Position numbers and translations under genes: made by a program | Part shown: in pieces, positions 12,406 to 21,975 of the stretch | How positions within the stretch are numbered: position 1 is the stretch's first letter | Layout: every line of letters begins with the position of its first letter | IMG/VR virus record: IMGVR_UViG_3300029928_000002 | Span: 91,302 to 155,301 of that record | Direction: 5' to 3' (one strand) | Length of the DNA: 64,000 nt | From: a virus | Taxonomy: Duplodnaviria; Caudoviricetes | The notes under the pieces: generated by a model | Databases searched by the model: none | What the model saw: only the letters and a program-made list of their open reading frames with translations | Told to the model about the DNA's origin: nothing

Positions 12406-13472
12406 TCTTTTTCTAGTATTACTTCTGTAAACATTTGATTCTTAAGTTTGTACCAAGTATTTGCCTTAATACGTTCACCATCAACATACTCTGTTTTCAC
12501 ATACTTGGGAACTCTTTGTTTCATCATGTCGTCCCATGCCCATTCTGTAAGTGTAATCCAAGAACCAACTTCTGCTTTTACAACGGATTTGTCTCCTGCA
12601 CACATGATTATAGAATCTTTACCAGTGCTGGCAATCTTAGTAGAGTCACCACTCGAATTGATTATAGCACGGTTACCACTCGAACAAACCCGAGCACAGT
12701 AACCTGTGGAACTAATCTGGGCGAAATAACCACTTGAACCAATTTGAACATAGTAGTCACTCGAACTAATTTGAGCGTAGTCACCTTCGGAAAGAATTTT
12801 AGCAAAATCACCGCTAGAACTGACCTGAGCAAAATTTCCACTAGAACCAATATTGGCAGAATTACCACTAGAACTAATTTTGGCATAGTCTCTGTCTGAA
12901 CTAATCCAGGCATGGTCATCACTCGAACTAATCCTAACATAGAAACTACTATTATCGTTTGGGCCAGTTGTTTTTTCCGTCTTAGATTGTGAAGTAATAT
13001 TCTTTAGCCATTTAATACATATTTTGATAATGTCAGAAAGTTTTAGCTCAATCTTAATTTTAATACGAGAAGAACAAACTTTTGTTGAGTTATCTCCTCT
13101 ATCAATTTTACCAGATTGCTCAACCTCGGCAAAGCGGGAGTTGACTATATCATAATAGTTAAAAACTTCCCAAGGTGATCCACACGCGTGAAAACCCCGG
13201 CTGCAACATTTAATATCACCATCCACCTCGTATTCTTTACCAACTTCGTACTGAAAGCCCCGACACTGCATATTTTTATCGAAGCCTTTGTAGGACTTTA
13301 TTACTCTATCTTCTTTCATATTCCCAATATTTAACCTAAAAATAAAATTATCACATTCATTTACATCATCCGGCATTGCTATCTCATCCCGACACCTACC
13401 TTTGTCTTGGTAAATGCAAGATCTGCTACAATGTTCCCTTATATCTATATTCTTTTCGTCAACCATAATCAA
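12402..13472 (-). CDS. Phage protein with YKGF..GFHAC domain and 9-aa beta-solenoid repeats
   Basis: YKGFDKNMQCRGFQYEVG, GFHAC; tandem SSGxxAxIx repeats; C-terminal VDGERIKANTWY. Confidence 0.8.
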   Translation of the reverse strand: MIMVDEKNIDIREHCSRSCIYQDKGRCRDEIAMPDDVNECDNFIFRLNIGNMKEDRVIKSYKGFDKNMQCRGFQYEVGKEYEVDGDIKCCSRGFHACGSPWEVFNYYDIVNSRFAEVEQSGKIDRGDNSTKVCSSRIKIKIELKLSDIIKICIKWLKNITSQSKTEKTTGPNDNSSFYVRISSSDDHAWISSDRDYAKISSSGNSANIGSSGNFAQVSSSGDFAKILSEGDYAQISSSDYYVQIGSSGYFAQISSTGYCARVCSSGNRAIINSSGDSTKIASTGKDSIIMCAGDKSVVKAEVGSWITLTEWAWDDMMKQRVPKYVKTEYVDGERIKANTWYKLKNQMFTEVILEKE

Positions 13473-14155
13473 TCTTCCTTATAGTCATTAAAAGTGCCTA
13501 TGAGTTTGGCGGTATCTTTGTTGTAGGGAAGTATCTCGCTATACCATCCACCAATACAGTAGTAAGATTTACCATCAGCATAGCCGAATATTTCAGGACG
13601 CCAAGCACCCCTATTATATCTTGCTACCACCTTTTCATAAGGCTCAAACTTAGGCTCAGTAGGCTTGTTAGGAACTATCTCTAAGGTCTCCATGTTGAAC
13701 TTGCCATTAAAAGCTTCCTCAACTTCCTTGATATATTCCCCTGCCTCTTCCGGACTGGCTTTTTCGTACCAGTCTTCTACACTTTCTTTAGTAACTTCTG
13801 GGGCAATAAATACTCCATCTGCTCTATTGTATCGCATATATTTTGCTTCAAAACAAGTGTAGGAATCATCTGAGAACTTATCAAAGAAACAAAACATGTT
13901 TCCATCACTTTTGAGTACATCACCTCTTTTCCAAGAGAACTTTGACCAGTCGCACATTTCCTTGGAGGGGAATAACATGAGGTCTCCACCCCTGCTGTAT
14001 CTACCATCTTCGTAAAAGTTACGCTTTTCCTCTGCATTAATTTTCACAAAAATGATTCCATCATTATCTATATGGTCAAAGGTGACATATCCCCAAATAG
14101 GAGTATAGAGCTTGGTGCCTTGTGACTTGTTTTTAAGAATTTCTGCTATGTTCAT
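13469..14155 (-). CDS. Hypothetical phage protein
   Basis: Long ORF; MNIAEILK..GTKLY..LFPSKEM pattern recalled from Bacteroidales phages. Confidence 0.7.
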   Translation of the reverse strand: MNIAEILKNKSQGTKLYTPIWGYVTFDHIDNDGIIFVKINAEEKRNFYEDGRYSRGGDLMLFPSKEMCDWSKFSWKRGDVLKSDGNMFCFFDKFSDDSYTCFEAKYMRYNRADGVFIAPEVTKESVEDWYEKASPEEAGEYIKEVEEAFNGKFNMETLEIVPNKPTEPKFEPYEKVVARYNRGAWRPEIFGYADGKSYYCIGGWYSEILPYNKDTAKLIGTFNDYKED

Positions 14156-14176
14156 AATTTTAACGTTATTGAAAGT

Positions 14177-14437
14177 TTATACATTTAAAGTATATTTAGT
14201 AATCCAGTCACCACACTGTTCACATGTACCCAAATCCTCATAATTTCCTTGAGATTCTATCAAGTTTATTAGAGTTTGTTGTAAAGTACCTATATCAGAT
14301 ATTTTATCAACAGCTTTTTTAATAGCTGCTTTTATATCTTCTATAGGTAATTCAACAGATTCTTTACCATCTATAGTTAAAGAATCACATATACATCCTG
14401 AAATACTTACTAATTTCATATTTGATCTGATAACCAT
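14177..14437 (-). CDS. Hypothetical protein with CxxC
   Basis: CEQCGD near the C-terminus. Confidence 0.65.
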   Translation of the reverse strand: MVIRSNMKLVSISGCICDSLTIDGKESVELPIEDIKAAIKKAVDKISDIGTLQQTLINLIESQGNYEDLGTCEQCGDWITKYTLNV

Positions 14438-14727
14438 CCTTCACTGTCCTTACACGTATGAAATTCACAATAAGGGCATCCCCATTCTACTGATAAACAA
14501 CACATATCAATATCTTTTTTATTAGGCAATCCATCAAATAATTTATTCATTTCTTCTTCTGGAAATACCCATTTAGAGTTAAAATATATGTCTAAATTCT
14601 CAGAATCCATTATCTGAACATCTCCATCTAAAACATTATTAAAGAACTCTTTTATATATTCTAGATTCTTAGGATCTGTTGAATATACCCTGAGTGTATT
14701 CTCGCAAATGTTAGCCATTATTTTCAA
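14416..14727 (-). CDS. Hypothetical protein
   Basis: MANICENTL...FNSKW..P pattern. Confidence 0.65.
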   Translation of the reverse strand: MKIMANICENTLRVYSTDPKNLEYIKEFFNNVLDGDVQIMDSENLDIYFNSKWVFPEEEMNKLFDGLPNKKDIDMCCLSVEWGCPYCEFHTCKDSEGWLSDQI

Positions 14728-15340
14728 TTTTAGAATTTATAATATCTAATATCTGATTCCAAGATATTGGATAATAATTATTATTATCTACTCCTACATC
14801 ATATTGATAAGGAAATGTCATATCTAGTCTAGATGTATCCTTATTTTCATTATTTTGATTACTATGGACATGCCCATACAGTTGTATTACAGCATGATTG
14901 GGTTCTCTGTACGTTCCCCCATAGCACAAGAATGGATAGTGATTTAAATATACATATCTTCCGTCGATATTAAGGAGTAATTGAGAAGCTACTCCTTCAA
15001 ATAAATCAAATGTCTGGTGCCCTGGATACCGTAGATCGTCATGGTTACCTACAATCAAATAGATATGCCCATTTAGACTATTAATTATTTCTTTCCATCT
15101 ACCATTAGTAGCAAATGCAAAATCCCCCAAATGGAATACTATATCTTCAGGTTTTACTACTTTATTCCAATTTTCTATCAGAGCATTATCCATTTCTTCT
15201 ACAGTATTCCACGGACGATTACAGAATTTAATTATATTTCTATGACCAAAATGGGTATCAGAGGTAAACCAAATATTTACCTCTGAAGTGCTTAATTTTA
15301 AAGGTTTAATATATTCCATTACAATAGATATTTTATCCAA
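14711..15340 (-). CDS. Calcineurin-like phosphoesterase
   Basis: SDTHFGH, HLGD, GNHD, HYP, GHVH and DVGVD motifs. Confidence 0.9.
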   Translation of the reverse strand: MDKISIVMEYIKPLKLSTSEVNIWFTSDTHFGHRNIIKFCNRPWNTVEEMDNALIENWNKVVKPEDIVFHLGDFAFATNGRWKEIINSLNGHIYLIVGNHDDLRYPGHQTFDLFEGVASQLLLNIDGRYVYLNHYPFLCYGGTYREPNHAVIQLYGHVHSNQNNENKDTSRLDMTFPYQYDVGVDNNNYYPISWNQILDIINSKIENNG

Positions 15341-15678
15341 GCATAATGCTTTCTGTGATTTATATAATCGGAGTTTTCTTCATTAGTATATGCTTCTTGT
15401 TCTAATGACAAACTTCTATAAACTCTTTTAAAGTAACTCCTACCGGGTTTAGAAAAATTCTTAGTCAATGAAGGTATAAAGAATTTTATAATAAATTCTA
15501 ACCCATAAATTAAGAAGAAACCGATTATAAGAGTTTCTTTATACTGCTCCCAATGAATAGCTTCATGATTAATATCTTCTCCACTAAGAGTAGAATCTTT
15601 TTTAATGAAGATAAATGGGCCAATTGTTAAAGCCTTAAAACCAGATGGTGGTAGAATTTTATTTACAATGATTTTCAT
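15319..15678 (-). CDS. Membrane-associated HExxH protein
   Basis: NHEAIHWEQ, one hydrophobic segment, EQEAY. Confidence 0.7.
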   Translation of the reverse strand: MKIIVNKILPPSGFKALTIGPFIFIKKDSTLSGEDINHEAIHWEQYKETLIIGFFLIYGLEFIIKFFIPSLTKNFSKPGRSYFKRVYRSLSLEQEAYTNEENSDYINHRKHYAWIKYLL

Positions 15679-15694
15679 ATATATAAAATTTAAG

Positions 15695-16009
15695 TTAATC
15701 TTCTATTACGTCTAAGTTATCTTCTGTCCAATTAGAGCATTCTTTTATAAGATATTCAGAATATTCCTTATTCGGTAAAACCTTTCTTTGTAGATAACTC
15801 TTAAATTCACTTATTAATTCTATTGGTGTTAGATGAGAATATATATATCCTTCTTTTAGATTTACATATTCTTCATCTAATTTATCATAATCTGTTAATA
15901 CATTATCAACAGATTTACTTAAAGTTTGTGAACATAGAACACAAACTGGCTTTCTTATAATATTATTCATTGTAAGCAAGTATTCTATAATCTTGATAAT
16001 TAGGAGCAA
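15695..16009 (-). CDS. Hypothetical protein
   Basis: ORF in operon; start uncertain. Confidence 0.6.
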   Translation of the reverse strand: MLLIIKIIEYLLTMNNIIRKPVCVLCSQTLSKSVDNVLTDYDKLDEEYVNLKEGYIYSHLTPIELISEFKSYLQRKVLPNKEYSEYLIKECSNWTEDNLDVIED

Positions 16010-16469
16010 TTTTCAAAAGTGCTTTACAATAAGTTCTTATCTTATACACTAATTGATCGTAACTTCCCATTTCGTAAACTTTTGGATTAAATTTGCAGTA
16101 ATATTCTTTATTTGTTGCCAATTCCATATAAGAATCTAGTACTGAATTTATATAATAAGGAAATGATATATTTAACAGATCTTCTGGATGCCATAATATA
16201 TCATATAGAGTATTGGGTTCGACTATTAAAGCTGAAGTTCTATCTTTACAATGCTTGGCCATTTTAATTAGAGTATCTTCAATTCTCGTATGAAACCAAA
16301 CTTTATATCTATAAGACTTTTCACCTATTGTGGCACTATCAATATCTGGAAAATATTTAGATACTTCTTTTTTAGTACCAAACTCCATAAGTTCTCCACC
16401 TTCGCTAAGACACACTCCAGTAGTCTCAAATACTCTAGGATTTTTATCTATTATATATAAATGTAACAT
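15963..16469 (-). CDS. Hypothetical protein
   Basis: ORF in operon. Confidence 0.65.
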   Translation of the reverse strand: MLHLYIIDKNPRVFETTGVCLSEGGELMEFGTKKEVSKYFPDIDSATIGEKSYRYKVWFHTRIEDTLIKMAKHCKDRTSALIVEPNTLYDILWHPEDLLNISFPYYINSVLDSYMELATNKEYYCKFNPKVYEMGSYDQLVYKIRTYCKALLKIAPNYQDYRILAYNE

Positions 16470-16473
16470 AATT

Positions 16474-17496
16474 TTATTTATTTATAGCTAAATATGAATT
16501 ATTACTTATATCAATAATTTTAGAATTTTCGTAAAATTCTTCCAAATTTTTGGCATTACAGTAACTCATTGCAGATTGTAGATAATCTTTCATATTATCA
16601 GTCCACTGCTTTAAAGTATACTTTATTGGAAGATATTTAGCAATTCCTTCTGCAGTATGTTTCTTTTCACCAAAGAGGTCAATCTGACCCTGCTTCGAAG
16701 CCATACCATAGAATTTATGATAAATATCCCCATCTAGACATCTAGTATGTTTATATTTACCATCAGAAGTTTTATAATATATTTCATCTTTATTAGATTC
16801 ATAGCATTGAGAAAACAGACTTCCTATCATTACATAATTTGCCCCTAAAGCCAGTGCTTTAATTACATCGGAGTAGTTTCTAATTCCTCCATCAGCAATT
16901 ATTTTAATTTTATTTTTATTCTCTTTGGCATTCCAATTATATCTATAAAGAGTAGCATTATGAATTAGAGATGCCATAGGACAATGTATACCTGTGTTAG
17001 AAGAAGTAATGCATCCACTTCCACCGCCTATTCCAAGTCTTATATAATCTACAGATCCCCATTTTACAATAGTATCAAGTAGATTTGGATTGGCAATATT
17101 TCCTGTCATTATAACAAGTTTTGGATATTTCTCCTTTTTAGCATTAATGCAGTCATATAGATACATCATATGACCATTAGCTACATCTACACAAACTTTA
17201 CTAATTTTTGGAAATTCTGTTTCATTAAACTCTTCCAAAGACATTGCTACCCAATACCCTTTATTCATATACTTTATACGTACATCGTAAGGTATATTTC
17301 TTGGAAGGATAGGTGTAATATTGTTATTTATATAATCATTAAGATTTTCTTCCAATACTATACAACTCATAGGAGCTGTAAATATAGGTAAAGATTTAAT
17401 ATTAAAATCAGTTAAATAAGGGTAACATTCTTCTCTATGATGAATATTAGAAAAATTTCTTGGAATTATTGAAACGTCATTATAACTTAAATACAT
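16474..17496 (-). CDS. IMPDH/GMP reductase family protein
   Basis: APM, DVANGH, GIGGGSGCIT, IIADGGI, VMIGS, YGMAS, AEG and SAMSY motifs; no CBS insert. Confidence 0.9.
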   Translation of the reverse strand: MYLSYNDVSIIPRNFSNIHHREECYPYLTDFNIKSLPIFTAPMSCIVLEENLNDYINNNITPILPRNIPYDVRIKYMNKGYWVAMSLEEFNETEFPKISKVCVDVANGHMMYLYDCINAKKEKYPKLVIMTGNIANPNLLDTIVKWGSVDYIRLGIGGGSGCITSSNTGIHCPMASLIHNATLYRYNWNAKENKNKIKIIADGGIRNYSDVIKALALGANYVMIGSLFSQCYESNKDEIYYKTSDGKYKHTRCLDGDIYHKFYGMASKQGQIDLFGEKKHTAEGIAKYLPIKYTLKQWTDNMKDYLQSAMSYCNAKNLEEFYENSKIIDISNNSYLAINK

Positions 17497-17621
17497 AATT
17501 ATTGATGGATAAAAAATTGATTTTAAGATACTTATTAATAAAAATTCAAGATTTAAATTTGATTATTGATAAAATACTTGTAATTAAAAATAAATATCTT
17601 AAAATCAATCCTATAAATTAT

Positions 17622-18215
17622 TTAATTATATTCTATAAAATCAATTAATAACACTTTGTTATTAGAAGATAAATCATCTATATGAGATTGTAAAAACTTA
17701 CGATTATAATGTTTAGCATAAAACTTAGTACCTAATAAATAAAGATACCAAGGAGCCGAAACACTTGCATGATGTTCTATAACTTCTGTTATGGTATTAG
17801 AATATTTTTTTATATCCCAATCCCAATAACATATAGCACAATCTATATTTAGATGATTCTCATCTTTTAATTTTGTTATAAAATCTGTAAATTTCTTAGT
17901 ATACTCTTTCGTATTATCTACTTTATACCTCTCATCAAATATAAATCTATAATAAACATCTTTTTTCTTAAAGAGTTTAAACAGATCCGTACAGTCATAG
18001 AGATACCCATAATCTATTCTATTATGACATAAATGCCATTGATTATCTATTAATCTTAGTCTTATATCAAAATATCTAACTCCCAAAGAATATTGTTCTA
18101 ATAAAGTTAGTTTTTGACAATCTGACCAGATTTTAGTATACTTACGCAATCCTTTATTTTTAATTGGTAAGTAACTTATACTATTATGACTTCCTAACAT
18201 AATTAATGAATCCAA
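17622..18215 (-). CDS. PI-PLC X-domain phosphodiesterase
   Basis: GSHNS...CQ..TLLEQYSLGVRYFDIRL...LCH signature. Confidence 0.8.
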   Translation of the reverse strand: MDSLIMLGSHNSISYLPIKNKGLRKYTKIWSDCQKLTLLEQYSLGVRYFDIRLRLIDNQWHLCHNRIDYGYLYDCTDLFKLFKKKDVYYRFIFDERYKVDNTKEYTKKFTDFITKLKDENHLNIDCAICYWDWDIKKYSNTITEVIEHHASVSAPWYLYLLGTKFYAKHYNRKFLQSHIDDLSSNNKVLLIDFIEYN

Positions 18216-20452
18216 TATGTCGGTAAATTCCCTTCTTTATCCAGAGACAAATCTCCAGGAAGAGGTAATTTATCACAAAAAGGTTTAGCACCCTCTTTCA
18301 TACATTTTAATAATACCTTGGCGACTTTATCTGCTATATTATTAGGAGCTTCTATGTTCCATTCGTCATGAGCAGGTATGCAGAACTTTACTTTATGTAG
18401 CAAATCGTTCTTAACTACCCAGTTAAATAGGAACAAGGAAGCTAATTTAAAGCAACAGGCACCTCTATTTTGTATTCTATAATTTATAGACTGCTTTTCT
18501 AGAGTCTTTTTTCGCTTTTTATAATATTTAAAATCATCCATTAATACAGGATCTTCTCTAAACATTTTCCAGAAGTTATGGTCTTGCATTTCTTTCTGAA
18601 TTTTGGATAATCTATCCCAATCATAAGCAAATGCTTTAGCTCCAGTAATATTATTCATTTGAATATAGCCTCTTTCCATAACATCCTTTTTACAGTACCT
18701 CTGATATGTTTCCATACCAGGAAAACCTTTCATATAATTATCATATACCTTCTTGGCTTCTTCCAAAGGGATTCCTTTGTTATTAGCTATGGTGTTTTCA
18801 TCACCACCGTAGTTGATAGCAAACTCTACTCCCTTAGCATCTTGTCTGAGGTCATGATATTTCTTCTTGATCTCTTCAATCTTAGTATCTCTAGGTATTA
18901 AATGTGGATATGACATATATGCTACTAGAGAATGTATGTCTTTGCATCCCTCAGTGAATATTTTTATCATAGCATCATCGCCTGTTACAGACGCAATAAT
19001 ACGTGATTCTTGACCCTCATAGTCCACCGAGAGCCACTTATTACCTTCTTCACTAATAAAGCATGCTCTAGTCTCTGCATCCTTCGGTAATTGCTGTAGA
19101 TTCACTCCTCCTTTAGTTCCACCACAGGACATTCTGAATGTATCGGCCCCTATAGGATTAAAGTCAGCATGAATCCTACCATCTTCCTTAGTTACATTAC
19201 TAATAAAGTTTTGCCCGAATGCTTCACATACTTTAGCTGCTTCTTTATAATTCACATATAATTCTGCAATAGAAGATATATTCTTTTGAGCTTCTATAAT
19301 CTTTTTATCTGCAGATTTCTTGTGCATCTTAGTCTTCTTATCAATAGTATCAAGATTAAATCCCAATAATTCAAATAAAGGAATTACTTGACTACTACTA
19401 GACCAGTTGATAACACATTTATCTCCAAATTCTAAAGCTACTGGATTGAATAAATCTTGTTGTATTGTATTTATATGTTGTACATAAGGATTGAATTTAT
19501 CTCTTAAGGTATATCCAAATGGAATTTTATAAACTCCATATGTCTTAAATCCATATTTATCATCAGGGACTTGTTCAATTTCTCCATCTTCGTATTTAAC
19601 CCCAAAGAGTCTTTCAACATCTACAAATTTTAAATCAGATGGAATATTTTGATCGTCTCTATGGATAAATTGTGTGTCAAGGAGGGCTTTATATTCTATT
19701 TTTCCCCTACTTCCATTATGCTCTTTATAATATTTTACTATCCAGTCATTTAGTGCTTTTAACCATTTATCTCTTCTGGCATTATCTTTAATCATTTTCT
19801 TTTTCCATCTATCAACATCTAGTTTTACACCATCCAGTTTTATTTTACCTACTACAATTGTAAACTTAGATTCAAAGTCAGCAGCTTTCTTAACATGATA
19901 TTTAATTAATTCTTTCTGCTGAGCTTTATAAATCGGAATGGAATATTTAACATCTGTTGCTGAATAAACTATAGTTCTTTCAGTTAAACCTTTAGTAATG
20001 ATTTCACCTCTAGCTGTTTTATCCATATCATAGTCACAATATTTCTTTGCACATGTTTTCAATGATACAGAATACATATCTCTAGGTTTACCATTATTAA
20101 GGACTCTTTCACCTATCAAAGTATCAAAATAGTTCTTCTGCACAATTCCTACTTGTAGTAGCCATTGACTATCAAAGCAATAATTATGCCACACATATAG
20201 TATATTAGGATTCTCTAACAGCTCCTTCAACATTATTAGAGGATAGCTTAGACAATCCCATACTATTTGATCTTGTTCATCTCCAAGCTGAATAGATAAT
20301 ATTTTCTTAGTAACAGGATTCAATCCTTGAGTTTCAGTATCTGCTCCTAATATTGTTTTCTTAGATAGTAAAGCTATAGCTTCTTCTGGAGGTATTACTG
20401 TATACTTATCAGATTTAAATAAAGTTTGCTCCCTACTTACTAAATAAATCAT
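18203..20452 (-). CDS. polA: DNA polymerase family A with 3'-5' exonuclease
   Basis: DTET, HNYCFD, DYEGQESRI, RQDAKGVEFAINYG, NYRIQ and HDE motifs. Confidence 0.95.
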   Translation of the reverse strand: MIYLVSREQTLFKSDKYTVIPPEEAIALLSKKTILGADTETQGLNPVTKKILSIQLGDEQDQIVWDCLSYPLIMLKELLENPNILYVWHNYCFDSQWLLQVGIVQKNYFDTLIGERVLNNGKPRDMYSVSLKTCAKKYCDYDMDKTARGEIITKGLTERTIVYSATDVKYSIPIYKAQQKELIKYHVKKAADFESKFTIVVGKIKLDGVKLDVDRWKKKMIKDNARRDKWLKALNDWIVKYYKEHNGSRGKIEYKALLDTQFIHRDDQNIPSDLKFVDVERLFGVKYEDGEIEQVPDDKYGFKTYGVYKIPFGYTLRDKFNPYVQHINTIQQDLFNPVALEFGDKCVINWSSSSQVIPLFELLGFNLDTIDKKTKMHKKSADKKIIEAQKNISSIAELYVNYKEAAKVCEAFGQNFISNVTKEDGRIHADFNPIGADTFRMSCGGTKGGVNLQQLPKDAETRACFISEEGNKWLSVDYEGQESRIIASVTGDDAMIKIFTEGCKDIHSLVAYMSYPHLIPRDTKIEEIKKKYHDLRQDAKGVEFAINYGGDENTIANNKGIPLEEAKKVYDNYMKGFPGMETYQRYCKKDVMERGYIQMNNITGAKAFAYDWDRLSKIQKEMQDHNFWKMFREDPVLMDDFKYYKKRKKTLEKQSINYRIQNRGACCFKLASLFLFNWVVKNDLLHKVKFCIPAHDEWNIEAPNNIADKVAKVLLKCMKEGAKPFCDKLPLPGDLSLDKEGNLPTYWIH

Positions 20453-21321
20453 AACAATTCTTTTAAAGTTTTTCTAAAATATTTCTTTAATTTTATAATA
20501 GCTCTAAGTTTGGTCTGCCTAATACATTCTGTAGACTTGTGATACTTTTCACAGAGATTTTTAAGATACTTAGATTCGTTATTTGGATCAGAAAATCCAT
20601 AATAATCTAATACTATATCTCTTTCTATCTTTGTGAAATATTTACTATTTAATATATTCAAAATAACTTCTCTTTTATTTTTATGTTCTGCAGAAGTATC
20701 TGTAGAATCTACATTATTATTTGGTATAGCTTCTATAATAAGAGGAGCATCCGAATCTGAAGAGGTTGAAGTATCTAAAGATGTATAATTAATATCAGAA
20801 TTTAAAGCATTTTCTAATTGAGGTAATGTACATCTACATAGTTTAGCAAGCTCTTCATCTGTTGGTGCTTCTCCATGTTTTTGAATATACTCTTGTCTAT
20901 ATTTATTAATTCTATATTGTATTTCAACAGGGCCTTGTGCAATTCTAATAGTTCTAGATTTATTAGTAAGAGCTTTGGTAATACATTGACGCATCCACCA
21001 CAAAGCATATGTAATAAATCTATAACCTAGATCGACATTCCACCTTTCTGCTGCTCTACAAATTCCTGCATTTGCTTCAGCTATTAAATCTTCCAAAGGT
21101 AATCCTCTACCTTGATAATGTTTTGCAACAGTTACCGCAAATCTTAAATTGGAATTTATAAGTTTTCGTCGGGCTTTCATATTACCACGCTTACTTAATT
21201 GTCCAATATATCTTTCTTCATCTTTCGTAAGTAATTTATATCTAGATATGTCATGTAAATAATCTTTCAAAGAACGAGAATATATATTAGTAATACTTGG
21301 TGCTGTGGTAATTTGTCTCAC
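20449..21321 (-). CDS. Sigma-70 family sigma factor
   Basis: YLHDI..LLT..EE, LINSNLRFA..VAK.Y, DLI.E.N.G, RFITYALWWMRQ; region 4 ECIRQ. Confidence 0.9.
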   Translation of the reverse strand: MRQITTAPSITNIYSRSLKDYLHDISRYKLLTKDEERYIGQLSKRGNMKARRKLINSNLRFAVTVAKHYQGRGLPLEDLIAEANAGICRAAERWNVDLGYRFITYALWWMRQCITKALTNKSRTIRIAQGPVEIQYRINKYRQEYIQKHGEAPTDEELAKLCRCTLPQLENALNSDINYTSLDTSTSSDSDAPLIIEAIPNNNVDSTDTSAEHKNKREVILNILNSKYFTKIERDIVLDYYGFSDPNNESKYLKNLCEKYHKSTECIRQTKLRAIIKLKKYFRKTLKELL

Positions 21322-21680
21322 TATTTAGAACTGTTTAAAATGTTATTTATATAAGTAATCAACCATCTATCTCCTAGAAAGGAATTCCTTAACCATGTAT
21401 GGCCATAACTATCTGTGTAAGATGATATAATCTTATATTTAGACCAGAGACTCTTATATGCATCTAATATTTCTTTAGCAGTAAATTCTGGATGTTTAGC
21501 TATATTCTCAGCTAGATTTCTTAAATAAACCTTAGTAAGCTCTATTTTAGAAATATGCTTATTGCTGAATATAACTTTATCATCTAATTTTATCACTACA
21601 GTAAAATATCCTGGCTGTTTAACAGTTTTACTTATAGCAGTAACGGCTTTCTCAGCCTTACTTATCCTACCTTTCCTCAT
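21321..21680 (-). CDS. Hypothetical basic protein
   Basis: ORF in operon; ends TAG-TGA. Confidence 0.65.
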   Translation of the reverse strand: MRKGRISKAEKAVTAISKTVKQPGYFTVVIKLDDKVIFSNKHISKIELTKVYLRNLAENIAKHPEFTAKEILDAYKSLWSKYKIISSYTDSYGHTWLRNSFLGDRWLITYINNILNSSK

Positions 21681-21975
21681 ACAATACTGTTTGAGAATAC
21701 TCCATCAATAAATTACCTACACTTTGTGCAAATGATTCATCAGATCCATTATTATAATAATAGTTTATAGCATGAGCTAATTCATGGAAATAAGTATTTA
21801 ACATAGTTTGTTCAGATACTTCATCTCCATAAATAGTTCTAGCTATTTTAATTATGTTAGTATTAGAATCAAATTGCCCATAATCATAAGAATCATCTTC
21901 GTTGTGAATATCATCTACAATCTCAACTGTAAATGTTATACCAGCAAATTTAAACTGTTTAGGAATTTTAATCAT
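21667..21975 (-). CDS. Small HExxH metallopeptidase-like protein
   Basis: YGQF...TYFHELAHA...DE. Confidence 0.75.
   Translation of the reverse strand: MIKIPKQFKFAGITFTVEIVDDIHNEDDSYDYGQFDSNTNIIKIARTIYGDEVSEQTMLNTYFHELAHAINYYYNNGSDESFAQSVGNLLMEYSQTVLYEER

Noticed and set aside
12640-12940. 27-nt repeats as a CRISPR array or DGR repeats
   Set aside because: They are degenerate in-frame coding repeats with no spacers, and there is no cas or reverse transcriptase gene in the window.
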